Source: Actinomycetota bacterium
GTDB lineage: Bacteria > Actinomycetota > Actinomycetes > S36-B12
DNA length: 55,782 nucleotides
Direction: 5' to 3'
Assembly (NCBI GenBank): GCA_947449945.1
Contig: CANFTO010000003.1
Span: forward strand, 1-55,782
The notes under the pieces: model-generated
The model's input: the letters and a program-made list of their open reading frames with translations, nothing else
The model's database searches: none
What the model was told of the DNA's origin: nothing
Program-made: the position numbers and the translations under genes
In this document: in pieces, positions 9,731 to 19,920 of the stretch
Layout of the letters: every line of letters begins with the position of its first letter
Numbering within the stretch: the stretch's first letter is position 1

Positions 9731-10878
9731 AATGCACCTGCTCGTGCTTTAAGTGCACGAATTGCTGGATGCTCCACATAAGTACCGTCGATGAACTCCA
9801 GTGCAGGTGTGAGTACAAATTGATGACGCTCATTTACATGCCCAATATAAATTCCTTGAACGCGCCGTTGTCCTGATGCGCTTCGCTCCAAATGGAGTAC
9901 CGCATCCAAACCTGCAGCAAGCAGTGCATGCACGGAAGCCCGATCAAGCCCCGCAGTTAGGCCCAACGCCTCAATTCTCGCAGGAACATCTACTGCTGAA
10001 TTTGCGTGCACAGTTCCGCAGCCACCTTCATGCCCAGTGTTAAGAGCTGAAAGCAACTCAACAACCTCAGCGCCGCGCACTTCGCCAACAACAATGCGAT
10101 CAGGACGCATACGCAACGTTTGTCGAACGAGATCTCTCATGGCAATTGCGCCAGCACCTTCAATATTTGCAATGCGAGATTGCAAACGCACTACATGCGG
10201 GTGGTCTGGGTTCAACTCAGCAGAGTCTTCAACAATGACGATGCGCTCATTCGCTGGAATAAGCCCAAGTAATGCCGACAGGATTGTTGTTTTCCCTGAT
10301 CCGGTGCCCCCACTAATCAAGAAAGACAACTTTGCTTCAATGAGTGTCCGCAACCAGGCACTTGTGTGCTCATCAATAGCTCCGTGGCCCACAAGCTCAT
10401 CCAAGGTAAAAGGCTTTCTTCTGGGTAAACGCAGCGAGATCACCGTGCCGTCAATTGCGATGGGTGGAATTGCGGCGTGCAGACGAATACCTGATGCCAT
10501 ACGCACGTCAATGAACGGGTGAGCATCATCAAGTCTGCGACCAGCTTGACTTGCTAAGCGCTGTGCCAATGCGCGTACTTCCTGATCCGAAGCGAAAGAC
10601 AACGGCACTTGTTCCAAACCGGATCCACGATCAATCCAAATTTGGTGTGGTCCATTGACCAATACATCGGTGACTTCATCCTGCTGCAGCAGTGGTTCCA
10701 ATATCCCGGCTCCGAGATACTCCCGCTGCAATTCAGTGACCAGCGAGAGAATTGCACCATCGCCAAGGACGATGCCCTCATCTCGAAGAGCTGCGGTTAC
10801 GCCAGCCTGTGTTGCTTCGCTTTGGCTGACTACTAAGCGAGAGCGCACACGATCAGCGAGTTTCACGCTGACCACCAA
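9727..10878 (-). CDS. cpaF: TadA/CpaF pilus assembly ATPase
   Basis: GGTGSGKTT Walker A, LRMRPDRIVVGEVRG, NTGHEG. Confidence 0.93.
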   Translation of the reverse strand: MVVSVKLADRVRSRLVVSQSEATQAGVTAALRDEGIVLGDGAILSLVTELQREYLGAGILEPLLQQDEVTDVLVNGPHQIWIDRGSGLEQVPLSFASDQEVRALAQRLASQAGRRLDDAHPFIDVRMASGIRLHAAIPPIAIDGTVISLRLPRRKPFTLDELVGHGAIDEHTSAWLRTLIEAKLSFLISGGTGSGKTTILSALLGLIPANERIVIVEDSAELNPDHPHVVRLQSRIANIEGAGAIAMRDLVRQTLRMRPDRIVVGEVRGAEVVELLSALNTGHEGGCGTVHANSAVDVPARIEALGLTAGLDRASVHALLAAGLDAVLHLERSASGQRRVQGIYIGHVNERHQFVLTPALEFIDGTYVEHPAIRALKARAGAL

Positions 10879-11912
10879 TCGCGAAAGAGTTGATCGCAGG
10901 TTTTCGCATAGGCACCTTTGACAAGAAGGCCTTGCTCAGCCGCTGCTATCACCTTGGAGTCTTCCGGAATGCTCGCGCGTACGGTTTTACCAAGTGCACG
11001 ACCAACATCATTTGCATTCATGCTGCGATCAACCTTGCGCACAATGATTTCTTGATTCGTCCACACCGAAGAAGCGCGCTCGATTACAACCGAGGCAGCA
11101 GCGATGGCTCGTATGCGGGTGGGAACAATCCACCAAACCGGAGCGTTCATCTGATGCAAGAGCTCGAGCACAAAATGATCAAGTTCTGCTCTACCAAGAT
11201 CAATCACCACAGCATCAAACGTTCGCACGGCACATTCCAAGATCGATTCCCACGCCTGTGGGGTTGGATGCGCCTGCGAATCACGTGATGCAGAAATCAA
11301 CGAAATGCCATGAGGTGTCGGTAATGCCGGGATCAAAGTCTCAGCGCTCATGCGTCCACTGGTCAACGCCAATTCGGGCCATCGTGCTCCTGGTCGCGTT
11401 TCGGCACCAAGGAGGAGATCGAGACCGCCACCAGTGAGATCTGCATCAATGAGTAACACGCGATGCCCCGCATGTCGTGCAGCGACTGCGAGGCCGACAG
11501 CCAATGTGGACGCACCGGCTCCGCCGCAGACACCCCCAATTGCCAACACTCGAGCTGGCGACCCAAATTCGACGGCAGCTGGCGTCAGTCTTTCTGCGAG
11601 CCAGTCATCAGCATGAGGCAATGCCACAACGTGCTCTGCCCCGATAAGTAGCGCCTGCCGCCAAAGCGCGGCGGGGATTGCCGCTTGGGTATCAAATTGC
11701 CAGGTCACTACTGCAAGATTGCGTCTCTTGCCAAGTGCATGCACTGATTCGATGAAGTCACTACCCAGTAGCAGAAGTGAATCATCGGACCAATGCGAGC
11801 CAAGACTCAGCAATGAATTCACAATCTCAATTTCCGCATTCCCGGCTGAGGCCAAGGAACGGACGTGGTCGATAACAATCGGGTCTGCGGTAGCAAGCAC
11901 TGTCCTGGTCAT
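10863..11912 (-). CDS. ssd: Ssd/CpaE-like MinD-family protein (Rv3660c-like)
   Basis: GGVCGGAGASTLA, LLIDADLTGGGLDLLLG, GARWPEL; first gene of the Tad operon. Confidence 0.85.
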   Translation of the reverse strand: MTRTVLATADPIVIDHVRSLASAGNAEIEIVNSLLSLGSHWSDDSLLLLGSDFIESVHALGKRRNLAVVTWQFDTQAAIPAALWRQALLIGAEHVVALPHADDWLAERLTPAAVEFGSPARVLAIGGVCGGAGASTLAVGLAVAARHAGHRVLLIDADLTGGGLDLLLGAETRPGARWPELALTSGRMSAETLIPALPTPHGISLISASRDSQAHPTPQAWESILECAVRTFDAVVIDLGRAELDHFVLELLHQMNAPVWWIVPTRIRAIAAASVVIERASSVWTNQEIIVRKVDRSMNANDVGRALGKTVRASIPEDSKVIAAAEQGLLVKGAYAKTCDQLFRDWWSA

Positions 11913-11962
11913 GCCTTGACCTTGATCGTCCAAGGGGCGTGAATCCAGTGCGATCGGGCAAT

Positions 11963-12000
11963 CTGTGGATGACGCTCACTGTTTGGGAGCCTGTGGATAT
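11963..12000 (-). promoter_or_regulatory. Paired DnaA-box-like direct repeats upstream of the ssd-tad operon
   Basis: Minus strand ATATCCACAG ... TCATCCACAG, cores 28 bp apart. Confidence 0.5.
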
Positions 12001-12019
12001 CTGCAGTACCGTGACCCTC

Positions 12020-12808
12020 ATGCCGACGGCAGCCTTCTTTGACCTCGACAAGACCATTTTGGCTAAGTCGAGTGCTTTCGCCTTTGCGCGCCCCTTTTTC
12101 AAAGGTGGGCTCATTAGCCGCCGCGGAGTGCTGCGCAGCGCATATGCCCAACTCGTATTTGTCACGTCAGGTGCTGATCACGAACTTATGGAGCAGATGC
12201 GCACCTACGTCACCAATTTGGTTACTGGCTGGGATGTTGAGTCGGTGCAGGCAATCGTTGCGGAAACCCTCGACGAAATCATTGATCCGATGGTCTACCA
12301 AGAAGCGGTCGATCTGATCGCTGAGCATCGCGCTGCTGGTCACGACATTGTGATCGTGTCATCTTCAGGTAGCGACATGGTCGAACCAATCGGTGCTCGT
12401 CTCGGAGTTGATCACACGATTGCTACACGTGCAGCAATTGAAAACGGGCGCTACACCGGTGAACTGGAATTTTTCGCTTACGGACCAAACAAAGCGCTCG
12501 CAATTCAAGAGCTCGCAGCGGAACGTGGTTACAACCTCGACGAGTGCTACGCCTACAGCGATTCGCAGACAGATTTACCAATGATGGAAATCGTTGGACA
12601 TCCGGTCGCCGTAAATCCAGATGACGAACTTCGCGAAGTTGCTCTCGACCGCGAATGGCCGATCATGGATTTCCAAAAGCCTGTGGGCCTGCGTACGCAC
12701 ACGAAGCAAATAGCTGTCACTGGCACCAGCGTCGCTCTCGGAGCAGCAGCAATTGGAGTTGCGTGGTACGTCATCCGTCGCATGACCCGCGCTCGAGCAG
12801 CGTCATAA
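12020..12808 (+). CDS. HAD-IB family hydrolase (Rv3661/CicA-like)
   Basis: AAFFDLDKT, YAYSDSQTDLPM, AVNPD; start at ATG 12020 after TACCGT. Confidence 0.9.
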   Translation: MPTAAFFDLDKTILAKSSAFAFARPFFKGGLISRRGVLRSAYAQLVFVTSGADHELMEQMRTYVTNLVTGWDVESVQAIVAETLDEIIDPMVYQEAVDLIAEHRAAGHDIVIVSSSGSDMVEPIGARLGVDHTIATRAAIENGRYTGELEFFAYGPNKALAIQELAAERGYNLDECYAYSDSQTDLPMMEIVGHPVAVNPDDELREVALDREWPIMDFQKPVGLRTHTKQIAVTGTSVALGAAAIGVAWYVIRRMTRARAAS

Positions 12809-12829
12809 GCACTCGGTAGTGTCGAAACT

Positions 12830-13600
12830 GTGAGCCAAACCTTTCAGCCAGCGTTCATTGACGCATTACTTTCACGAGATGACGTCAATACTGCGCTCAC
12901 CGCGGCCCGCGATGACATCGATGCTGTGTTATGGCGTCGAGATATTCGTGCGGCAGCAAACGAGGTAGCTGCCGCATCAGTTGAACGCGGTGCTCGCGCT
13001 TCAGCAACCATTGAAGGCGCTGACCTCGTGATGCCTGACGATTCACCAATGGGTCGCGTCTTGGGGAGCACACTCTTACTGACATCCTCAATTCCCAGTC
13101 AGGTGGATACCTGGGGAAAAGCTCCGCTGCAGGTCATCGCACATCTTCATGCGCTCACTGCGTCAGGCTTTGCTCCAGCTGACACTCTTGGTCGCCCGCG
13201 TACTAGCGATGAAGCTGACGATCCTTTGAAGATCGGGTCGCTTCCTGACGTTTCATCTCTCGCACCAAGTCTGATGGCTATTTCAAGCCTTGTTACTCGA
13301 CGTACCGACCTGCCTGCATTGCTCACCGCAGCATTCGTTCATAACGAAATCCTGTGGATGCGCCCGTTTACTTGGGGCTCAGGGCTCGTGGGCCGCGCAC
13401 TGGTGCGATGCGTCATGGCGGAGCGCGGTCTAGATCCGTCACCATTCACCATTCCTGAGCACGGCTTTGTTGAGACCGGACGACCGGCCTACGTGCAGGC
13501 CATTAAGAACTACGGCACGGGCAGCGTTGAAGGCGTCGCTGAGTCTGTAATTTGGTTTGCTGCGTGCTGCGCTGTTGGTGCGGCTGCAGTCAACCTGTGA
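12830..13600 (+). CDS. Fic/Fido-like protein with a degenerate motif (Rv3662c-like)
   Basis: GARASATIEGA and HNEILWMRPFTWGSGLVGR in place of HPFxxGNGR; syntenic position. Confidence 0.7.
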   Translation: MSQTFQPAFIDALLSRDDVNTALTAARDDIDAVLWRRDIRAAANEVAAASVERGARASATIEGADLVMPDDSPMGRVLGSTLLLTSSIPSQVDTWGKAPLQVIAHLHALTASGFAPADTLGRPRTSDEADDPLKIGSLPDVSSLAPSLMAISSLVTRRTDLPALLTAAFVHNEILWMRPFTWGSGLVGRALVRCVMAERGLDPSPFTIPEHGFVETGRPAYVQAIKNYGTGSVEGVAESVIWFAACCAVGAAAVNL

Positions 13601-13644
13601 TCAACCTGCTGTCGTGCCTGCTCTAAGCATGATTAGGTACACCC

Positions 13645-15597
13645 ATGAGTGAAACCCTTGCCAACCTCGGCACCGAAAATCGTCTGTTCCCACCATCAGC
13701 CACATTTGCCGCACAGGCCAATGCGCAACCAGGGATCTTTGAGGCCGCAGCAGCCGATCCTCTGGGCTTTTGGGATGAGCAGGCTCAACATATTTCTTGG
13801 AGCACGCCATATACCGAGGTTCTTGATTGGTCGAATGCGCCGTTTGCCAAATGGTTCGTTGGCGGCAAACTCAACATTGCTTACAACTGCGTGGATCGTC
13901 ACGTTGAAGATGGCTATGGCTCGCAGGTTGCTCTTCGTTTCGAAGGAGAACCAGGCGATCGCCGCGATATTACGTATGCAGACCTGCAACGCGAAGTCAG
14001 CAAGGCAGCGAATGCGTTGATTGAACTTGGTATCAAAACGGGCGATCGCGTGATGATCTACCTGCCAATGATTCCTGAAGCCGTGATTGCCATGTTGGCA
14101 TGCGCGCGTATTGGTGCAACACACTCGGTCGTGTTCGCGGGGTTCTCTGCAACTGCCTTGCAGAGTCGCATTGAAGATGCGCAAGCAGCACTCGTGATTA
14201 CGGCTGACGGGCAGTACCGTCGCGGATCTTCTATGCCCCTTAAGCCTGCAGTTGACGAGGCCCTCGAAGGCGAAACGCCAATTCGCAACGTGTTGGTGGT
14301 TAAGCGAACGGGTGATGACGTTGCGTGGAATTCAGATCGCGACCTCTGGTGGCACGATGTTGTTGATCGTCAATCAGACGTACACGTGCCAGAAAGTTTC
14401 GACAGCGAACATCCTCTCTTCATTCTTTACACGTCAGGAACAACAGGCAAGCCAAAGGGAATCCTGCACACCACTGGTGGTTACTTGGTGCAGACCTCAT
14501 ACACGCACCGCGTGATTTTCGATCTCAAGCCTGAAACTGATGTGTATTGGTGCACGGCAGACATTGGTTGGATTACCGGTCATTCATATGTCACGTACGG
14601 TCCACTCGCCAATCGCGTTACCCAAGTAATTTACGAGGGCACGCCAGATTCACCTGCACGCGATCGTTGGTGGGACATCATCGAGCGTCACAAGGTTTCC
14701 ATTCTTTACACCGCACCAACAGCTATTCGTACCTGCATGAAATGGGGAGATGAACTTCCTAAGAGCAAGGATCTATCTTCACTTCGGCTCCTTGGTTCCG
14801 TTGGTGAACCCATCAATCCAGAAGCCTGGATGTGGTACCGCGAAGTCATCGGCAATAACAACTGCCCAATTGTTGATACGTGGTGGCAAACTGAAACTGG
14901 CGGCATCATGATCGCTCCCGTTCCAGGCATCACGGCTTGTAAGCCAGGCTCCGCTATGGGCCCAATCCCGGGCATCAGCGCAAAAGTTGTTGATGATGAA
15001 GGTGTTCCTGTGCAACCAGGTTCAGGCGGATATCTGGTGTTGACCCAGCCATGGCCTGCGATGCTGCGCGGCATTTGGGGCGACAATGATCGTTACGTTG
15101 AAACCTATTGGTCGCGTTGGCCAGATACCTATTTTGCAGGTGACGGTTCAAAACTCGATAGCGACGGCGCTATCTGGGTACTTGGTCGTGTTGATGACGT
15201 GATGAACGTTTCGGGCCACCGTCTTTCCACTACTGAAGTTGAATCAGCGTTGGTGTCACATCCAAAGGTTGCCGAAGCTGCAGTTGTTGGCGCTGAAGAT
15301 GAGCGCACTGGCCAAGGCATCGTCGCCTTTGTGATTTTGCGTGGTGGCTTCGAGGACGGACCAGAACTCGTCACTGAGCTTCGCAATCACGTCGCCAAGG
15401 AAATTGGCCCTATTGCCAAGCCACGTCAGATCATGATTGTTGCCGAGCTTCCTAAGACGCGTTCCGGAAAGATCATGCGCCGCTTGCTTCGCGATGTTGC
15501 CGAGCACCGCGACCTAGGTGATGCAACAACGCTTGCGGATCCAACAGTGATGAATCTGATTGCTTCAGGTTTGTCACAGGGTGCGAGTGAGGATTAA
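13645..15597 (+). CDS. acs: Acetyl-CoA synthetase
   Basis: [33 protein letters not shown]. Confidence 0.97.
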   Translation: MSETLANLGTENRLFPPSATFAAQANAQPGIFEAAAADPLGFWDEQAQHISWSTPYTEVLDWSNAPFAKWFVGGKLNIAYNCVDRHVEDGYGSQVALRFEGEPGDRRDITYADLQREVSKAANALIELGIKTGDRVMIYLPMIPEAVIAMLACARIGATHSVVFAGFSATALQSRIEDAQAALVITADGQYRRGSSMPLKPAVDEALEGETPIRNVLVVKRTGDDVAWNSDRDLWWHDVVDRQSDVHVPESFDSEHPLFILYTSGTTGKPKGILHTTGGYLVQTSYTHRVIFDLKPETDVYWCTADIGWITGHSYVTYGPLANRVTQVIYEGTPDSPARDRWWDIIERHKVSILYTAPTAIRTCMKWGDELPKSKDLSSLRLLGSVGEPINPEAWMWYREVIGNNNCPIVDTWWQTETGGIMIAPVPGITACKPGSAMGPIPGISAKVVDDEGVPVQPGSGGYLVLTQPWPAMLRGIWGDNDRYVETYWSRWPDTYFAGDGSKLDSDGAIWVLGRVDDVMNVSGHRLSTTEVESALVSHPKVAEAAVVGAEDERTGQGIVAFVILRGGFEDGPELVTELRNHVAKEIGPIAKPRQIMIVAELPKTRSGKIMRRLLRDVAEHRDLGDATTLADPTVMNLIASGLSQGASED

Positions 15598-15602
15598 TTA
15601 AG

Positions 15603-16835
15603 ATGCAACCGACTGAGTTCTTAAGTCGGCTATCACTTCCCGAACGCGGCTACATTCGCGAACGATTACGTGATGAAACTTTCGGCGGAATTCTGCTGTT
15701 GGTTGCCGCAGCCATTGCACTTGTGTGGTCGAACTCTGCTTGGGCAAGTGGGTATCAAAGTTTCGTTAATTTCGAATTCGGTCCCGACTTTCTTCATCTG
15801 CACCTTTCAGTGGCCGAATGGGCATCTGATGGGCTTCTTGCTGTCTTTTTCTTCGTGATTGGCCTTGAACTCAAGCATGAACTCGTGCTGGGTTCACTTT
15901 CCAATATTCGCAAGGCTGCCGTTCCTGTCGCGGCTGCTATTGGCGGAATGTTCGTGCCCGCGCTGATTTTCGTGATTATCAACGTTTCAACTCCCCAAGG
16001 TGTACCCGGTGGCTGGGGAACGCCTATGGCCACCGATATCGCCTTTGCGTTAGCTGTGTTGGCAGTAGTCGGCAAGAACTTGCCAATTGCCTTGCGAGCC
16101 TTCTTGTTGACGCTCGCAGTCGTTGACGATCTCGGAGCGATTCTCGTCATCGCTGTGTTTTACACCGACAAGATTGCACTGAGCTGGCTTGCACTTTCAG
16201 CTCTGTGTTGCATCGCTTATGCGATTGCACAACGTCAGCGGGTGCGAACTGCCTGGCTATACGTGCCTCTTGGATTACTCACTTGGGTGTTCATGCTCAA
16301 CAGCGGCGTCCATGCAACAGTGGCCGGCGTGGTGTTAGGTCTGCTCACTCGTGTAAATCCCGATCCCGACGAAACCCAATCCCCCGCCGACCGCGTTGCA
16401 CATCGCATTCACCCATTGAGTGCCGGCATCTGTGTTCCGCTGTTCGCACTCGTTGCCGCGGGGGTTGATGTGCGGTCCATTGGAGTGTGGACGGCAGTCA
16501 GCACACCCGTAGCCATCGGCGTGATCCTGGGGTTGATTCTCGGTAAGCCCATCGGGATTTTTTGCACTTCGTGGCTGGTTGCTCGATTTACTCAGGCATC
16601 GCTCAGTTCATCACTTCGTTGGCTCGATATTTTCGCCGTGGGCCTATTAGGTGGCATTGGATTCACCGTTGCCCTCCTTATCGCCGAACTCAGCTTCGAT
16701 GGAACTGACCTCAGTTCGGCGAAGTTTGCTGTGCTGGTGGCTTCGGTGGCAGCAGCGCTCTTTGCCGCAATCGCCCTGCGCCGCCGTGGCCGGGCCTACG
16801 CGGCATTAGCTGAACTCGAGGAAGTTGACCTTTAG
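15603..16835 (+). CDS. nhaA: Na+/H+ antiporter NhaA
   Basis: GLELKHE, PMATDIAFA, LAVVDDLGAI, GIGFTVAL. Confidence 0.95.
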   Translation: MQPTEFLSRLSLPERGYIRERLRDETFGGILLLVAAAIALVWSNSAWASGYQSFVNFEFGPDFLHLHLSVAEWASDGLLAVFFFVIGLELKHELVLGSLSNIRKAAVPVAAAIGGMFVPALIFVIINVSTPQGVPGGWGTPMATDIAFALAVLAVVGKNLPIALRAFLLTLAVVDDLGAILVIAVFYTDKIALSWLALSALCCIAYAIAQRQRVRTAWLYVPLGLLTWVFMLNSGVHATVAGVVLGLLTRVNPDPDETQSPADRVAHRIHPLSAGICVPLFALVAAGVDVRSIGVWTAVSTPVAIGVILGLILGKPIGIFCTSWLVARFTQASLSSSLRWLDIFAVGLLGGIGFTVALLIAELSFDGTDLSSAKFAVLVASVAAALFAAIALRRRGRAYAALAELEEVDL

Positions 16836-16883
16836 GTCCCCAGAGAATTGAGATCCGCGCGCACCACGCGCTAGCCTCTTGGT

Positions 16884-17273
16884 ATGCCTGACAATCAACC
16901 AAGCATTGGTCAACTCGTCTCAAAGACGGTGAGCGATGCCAAGCGCCTTGCCACTGCTCAATTGGCACTCGCAAAAGCTGAGATGCAGGCTTCAAAGAAG
17001 GCCATCACCGCTGCTACCGCTTTGGGTGTCACCGCACTGATTTTGTTGCCGTTGGCGATTCTGTTCCTGTTGTTCACCTTGGCTTATGGCTTACAGCAGA
17101 TGGGGCTACAAGCCTGGGCGGCCTTCGGCATCGTTTCAGTCTTGCTACTGATCGTCATTGGCATCACTGCCGCACTTGCTGTTTCTCAGGCCAAGAAGGT
17201 CAAGGGACCAGAACTTGCAGTACGCGAGCTCAATAAGACTGTTGAAGCCTTCGGCCAGTCGGACGCTTCGTAA
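16884..17273 (+). CDS. YqjE/phage-holin-like membrane protein (Rv3669-like)
   Basis: SIGQLV...LALAKAEM, two TM helices, KVKGPE; syntenic position after nhaA. Confidence 0.75.
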   Translation: MPDNQPSIGQLVSKTVSDAKRLATAQLALAKAEMQASKKAITAATALGVTALILLPLAILFLLFTLAYGLQQMGLQAWAAFGIVSVLLLIVIGITAALAVSQAKKVKGPELAVRELNKTVEAFGQSDAS

Positions 17274-17277
17274 TTTC

Positions 17278-18468
17278 TTAGTCTCGAACCACACAGGTTC
17301 CGGTATCAACCAGAGTTTCACTCGCGATGCCCGTAGCCATCGCCATATTTAATTCACTTGCAGCAATTGCATAACCTGTAGATGTGTTGCTGATTCCGGA
17401 ACCGAACACCATGCCAAGCACTTCGCCTTTGCTGGAAACAAGTGGACCTCCTGAATCTCCGGGAATAACACTTCCGCGGAATGAAATCACTTGACGTTCA
17501 ACACCACTTTTGCCGTAAATATCATCGCCGCGCGCATCAATAAGCGCCCTGATGCGTACAGGAATCACTTTCAAGTCCGTGCCTCCTGGGTAACCAATCG
17601 CTGCGGCATCTTCCCCTGATGCTGGTGCACTGGTTTGGAGTTTCAAAGATGGAACAAACGAAGAATCTACTTGCAAGGCAGCAACATCAAGCCTTGGATC
17701 GAAGTACACCACCGTTGCAGGCCAACGCTCATTGCCAAGTTCCACCTGCGGATCATGGACTCCCGCAACCACATGCGCGTTCGTGAGCACCACGCCTTCG
17801 GCGATGAAGAATCCCGAGCCTGTGAGTGTTGTTTTGCATAGATCAGTTGATCCCGTCACTCGCACCACCGACTGAGAAGCACGAGCAACTGCAGCTTCTG
17901 TAGTCAGCGCAATCGTGGGCGCTTTGACGTCTGGTCCCACGACTTCTGTGATACTTGAAAACACACGTGGCAGCGAGCCTTGCCCAACCACATCACGTAA
18001 ATGAATGAATACATCGCGCACTTGATTCGGGACAATCGCATCAAGGGTGGTGACGACCTTTGATTGTTGAACCATCGTGGTGGTTTGAGAGACTGGAAGC
18101 ATCGCGATTGCAGTCGCAATGATCCAAACAATCACTGCGAGTGCCAACACATTCAGGGCAGCTCCTGCAGCACTGTCGATGTATTTCACCGGAGTCCACG
18201 TGATCGCTGCACGTAGCATCCGACCAAGAATTGACGTCAGACTTTGACCAATGAGTGCACAGGTGAGGACTGCACCAATCAATACGAGCGCGCGAACAAT
18301 GCCCTCGGAAAAGTACGACGCAATGACATCGGGAAGTAACAATGCTGCAGCGATTCCGCCGCCCAAGAAGCCAGTAAATGAGAGCAACCCAGCAACAAAG
18401 CCCTGGCGCCAACCGGCCCAAGCAAAAACAATCACGGCGCCAACAAGCACCCAATCAACAACACTCAT
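17278..18468 (-). CDS. marP: MarP-family membrane serine protease
   Basis: N-terminal CvpA-like TM region, TNAHVV, GDSGGP. Confidence 0.9.
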   Translation of the reverse strand: MSVVDWVLVGAVIVFAWAGWRQGFVAGLLSFTGFLGGGIAAALLLPDVIASYFSEGIVRALVLIGAVLTCALIGQSLTSILGRMLRAAITWTPVKYIDSAAGAALNVLALAVIVWIIATAIAMLPVSQTTTMVQQSKVVTTLDAIVPNQVRDVFIHLRDVVGQGSLPRVFSSITEVVGPDVKAPTIALTTEAAVARASQSVVRVTGSTDLCKTTLTGSGFFIAEGVVLTNAHVVAGVHDPQVELGNERWPATVVYFDPRLDVAALQVDSSFVPSLKLQTSAPASGEDAAAIGYPGGTDLKVIPVRIRALIDARGDDIYGKSGVERQVISFRGSVIPGDSGGPLVSSKGEVLGMVFGSGISNTSTGYAIAASELNMAMATGIASETLVDTGTCVVRD

Positions 18469-18475
18469 TGAATGA

Positions 18476-19171
18476 TCACGCTCGACCCATGGTTTTCACT
18501 AAGAGCTCTGCGGCTTCTGGATCCGTTGGGCCTTCGCCGTATGAAGGACACCATTTGGCAATCGTGCAAGCCCCGCAGGCCGGCTTGCGTGCATGGCAGC
18601 GTCGTCGGCCGTGCCAGATCACCAGCTGTGATGCCTTTGTCCAGTCTTTCTTCGGCCACAGTTCCATGAGGTCGCGTTCAACCTTCACTGGATCAGTTTC
18701 AGTCGTCCAACCAAGCCGCTTACACAAGCGCAGCATGTGGGTGTCAACGGTGATTCCTGGAAAACCAAAGGCCTCGCCAAGTACGACGTTCGCGGTTTTA
18801 CGACCAACGCCGGGCAGGGTCACAAGCTCTTCCAGAGTCTGGGGCACTTCCCCACCAAAACGGTCACACAGCTGCTGCCCCATGTTCTGCAAGGTCGCAG
18901 CCTTTGCCCGATAAAAGCCCACCGGATGGATGATTTCTTCGATCACAGCAGTCTTTGCACCAGCAAAGTCCGCGGCCGAGTTGTACTTGGCAAACAGGGC
19001 TGGCGTGACCTTGTTGACCCGAACATCGGTGCTCTGAGCGCTCAAAATGGTCGCCACAAGCAATTGGAGCGGGGTTTGGAAGTCCAATTCACACTTCACG
19101 TCAGGATATTGGAGTTCCAGAGCCTTAAAGATGGAGCGGAATCGTCGCTTTTGCGCTGTCATGTCCGCCAT
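18476..19171 (-). CDS. nth: Endonuclease III
   Basis: [19 protein letters not shown] Hh[20 protein letters not shown] 4Fe-4S motif. Confidence 0.97.
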   Translation of the reverse strand: MADMTAQKRRFRSIFKALELQYPDVKCELDFQTPLQLLVATILSAQSTDVRVNKVTPALFAKYNSAADFAGAKTAVIEEIIHPVGFYRAKAATLQNMGQQLCDRFGGEVPQTLEELVTLPGVGRKTANVVLGEAFGFPGITVDTHMLRLCKRLGWTTETDPVKVERDLMELWPKKDWTKASQLVIWHGRRRCHARKPACGACTIAKWCPSYGEGPTDPEAAELLVKTMGRA

Positions 19172-19204
19172 TACCCCAGCGTAGGTCTCCGGTAGTAGTC
19201 AGGG

Positions 19205-19220
19205 TGTGTACCGGGTCACT
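19205..19220. promoter_or_regulatory. Putative Crp/GlxR site in the nth-crp divergent gap
   Basis: TGTGT-ACCGGG-TCACT matches TGTGA-N6-TCACA at 8 of 10 positions. Confidence 0.5.
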
Positions 19221-19245
19221 TCATTTATAGGCCAGAATGGGGCAC

Positions 19246-19920
19246 GTGGATGACCTCGTAATGAATGCCCCGCTCTTCGCGGCCCTTGATGTTGAGGGTG
19301 CCGCTGCTCTTCGCGCTTCTCTCGTTGAGCGCAATGTGGTTAAGGGTGAGGTGCTGTTCGCTGAAGGCGAGCCAGGCGATCGTATGTACGTGATCGTTGA
19401 AGGCAAGGTCAAGCTTGGCCAGACCTCAGTCGATGGCCGTGAGTCACTGCTCGCAGTGCTTGGCCCAGCCGAGATGTTTGGCGAACTCAGCCTTTTTGAT
19501 CCCGGTACTCGCACCTCAACCGCAACTGCGTTGACCGATGCAATCGTGCTTGGTCTCGGTAACGACCAACTTCGCCCATGGCTTGCTGGTCGCCCAGAAG
19601 TCGCCGCAGCACTTCTTCAGGCGCTTGCTCGTCGCTTGCGTCGCACGAACGAAGCAATGGCAGACCTTGTGTTCTCAGATGTTCCAGGCCGTGTTGCAAA
19701 AGCACTCATGGAACTTGGTGAAAAGTTCGGCACCATCACCCCTGATGGTTTGATGGTTACGCACGACATGACCCAAGAAGAACTTGCACAACTCGTTGGG
19801 GCATCGCGTGAAACCGTAAACAAGGCACTTGCTGACTTTGCGCAACGCGGATGGATTCGCTTGGAATCGCGTCAGGTATTAATCCTTGACGTTGAGCGCC
19901 TTGGCAAGCGGGCTCGTTAA
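19246..19920 (+). CDS. crp: Crp/GlxR cAMP receptor transcription factor
   Basis: MFGELSLFDPGTRTS cNMP domain, TQEELAQLVGASRETVNKAL HTH; start is GTG 19246 or ATG 19237. Confidence 0.95.
   Translation: MDDLVMNAPLFAALDVEGAAALRASLVERNVVKGEVLFAEGEPGDRMYVIVEGKVKLGQTSVDGRESLLAVLGPAEMFGELSLFDPGTRTSTATALTDAIVLGLGNDQLRPWLAGRPEVAAALLQALARRLRRTNEAMADLVFSDVPGRVAKALMELGEKFGTITPDGLMVTHDMTQEELAQLVGASRETVNKALADFAQRGWIRLESRQVLILDVERLGKRAR

Noticed and set aside
7266-10878. Conjugative element
   Set aside because: The ATPase is TadA/CpaF within the standard actinobacterial Tad locus; no relaxase, VirB4 or VirD4 is present.
12830-13600. Active Fic AMPylase toxin
   Set aside because: The catalytic HPFxxGNGR motif is degenerate (MRPFTWGSGLVGR) and the gene is part of conserved core synteny.
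16884-17273. Prophage remnant (holin)
   Set aside because: This YqjE-like family is a conserved chromosomal neighbour of nhaA, and there are no phage genes around it.
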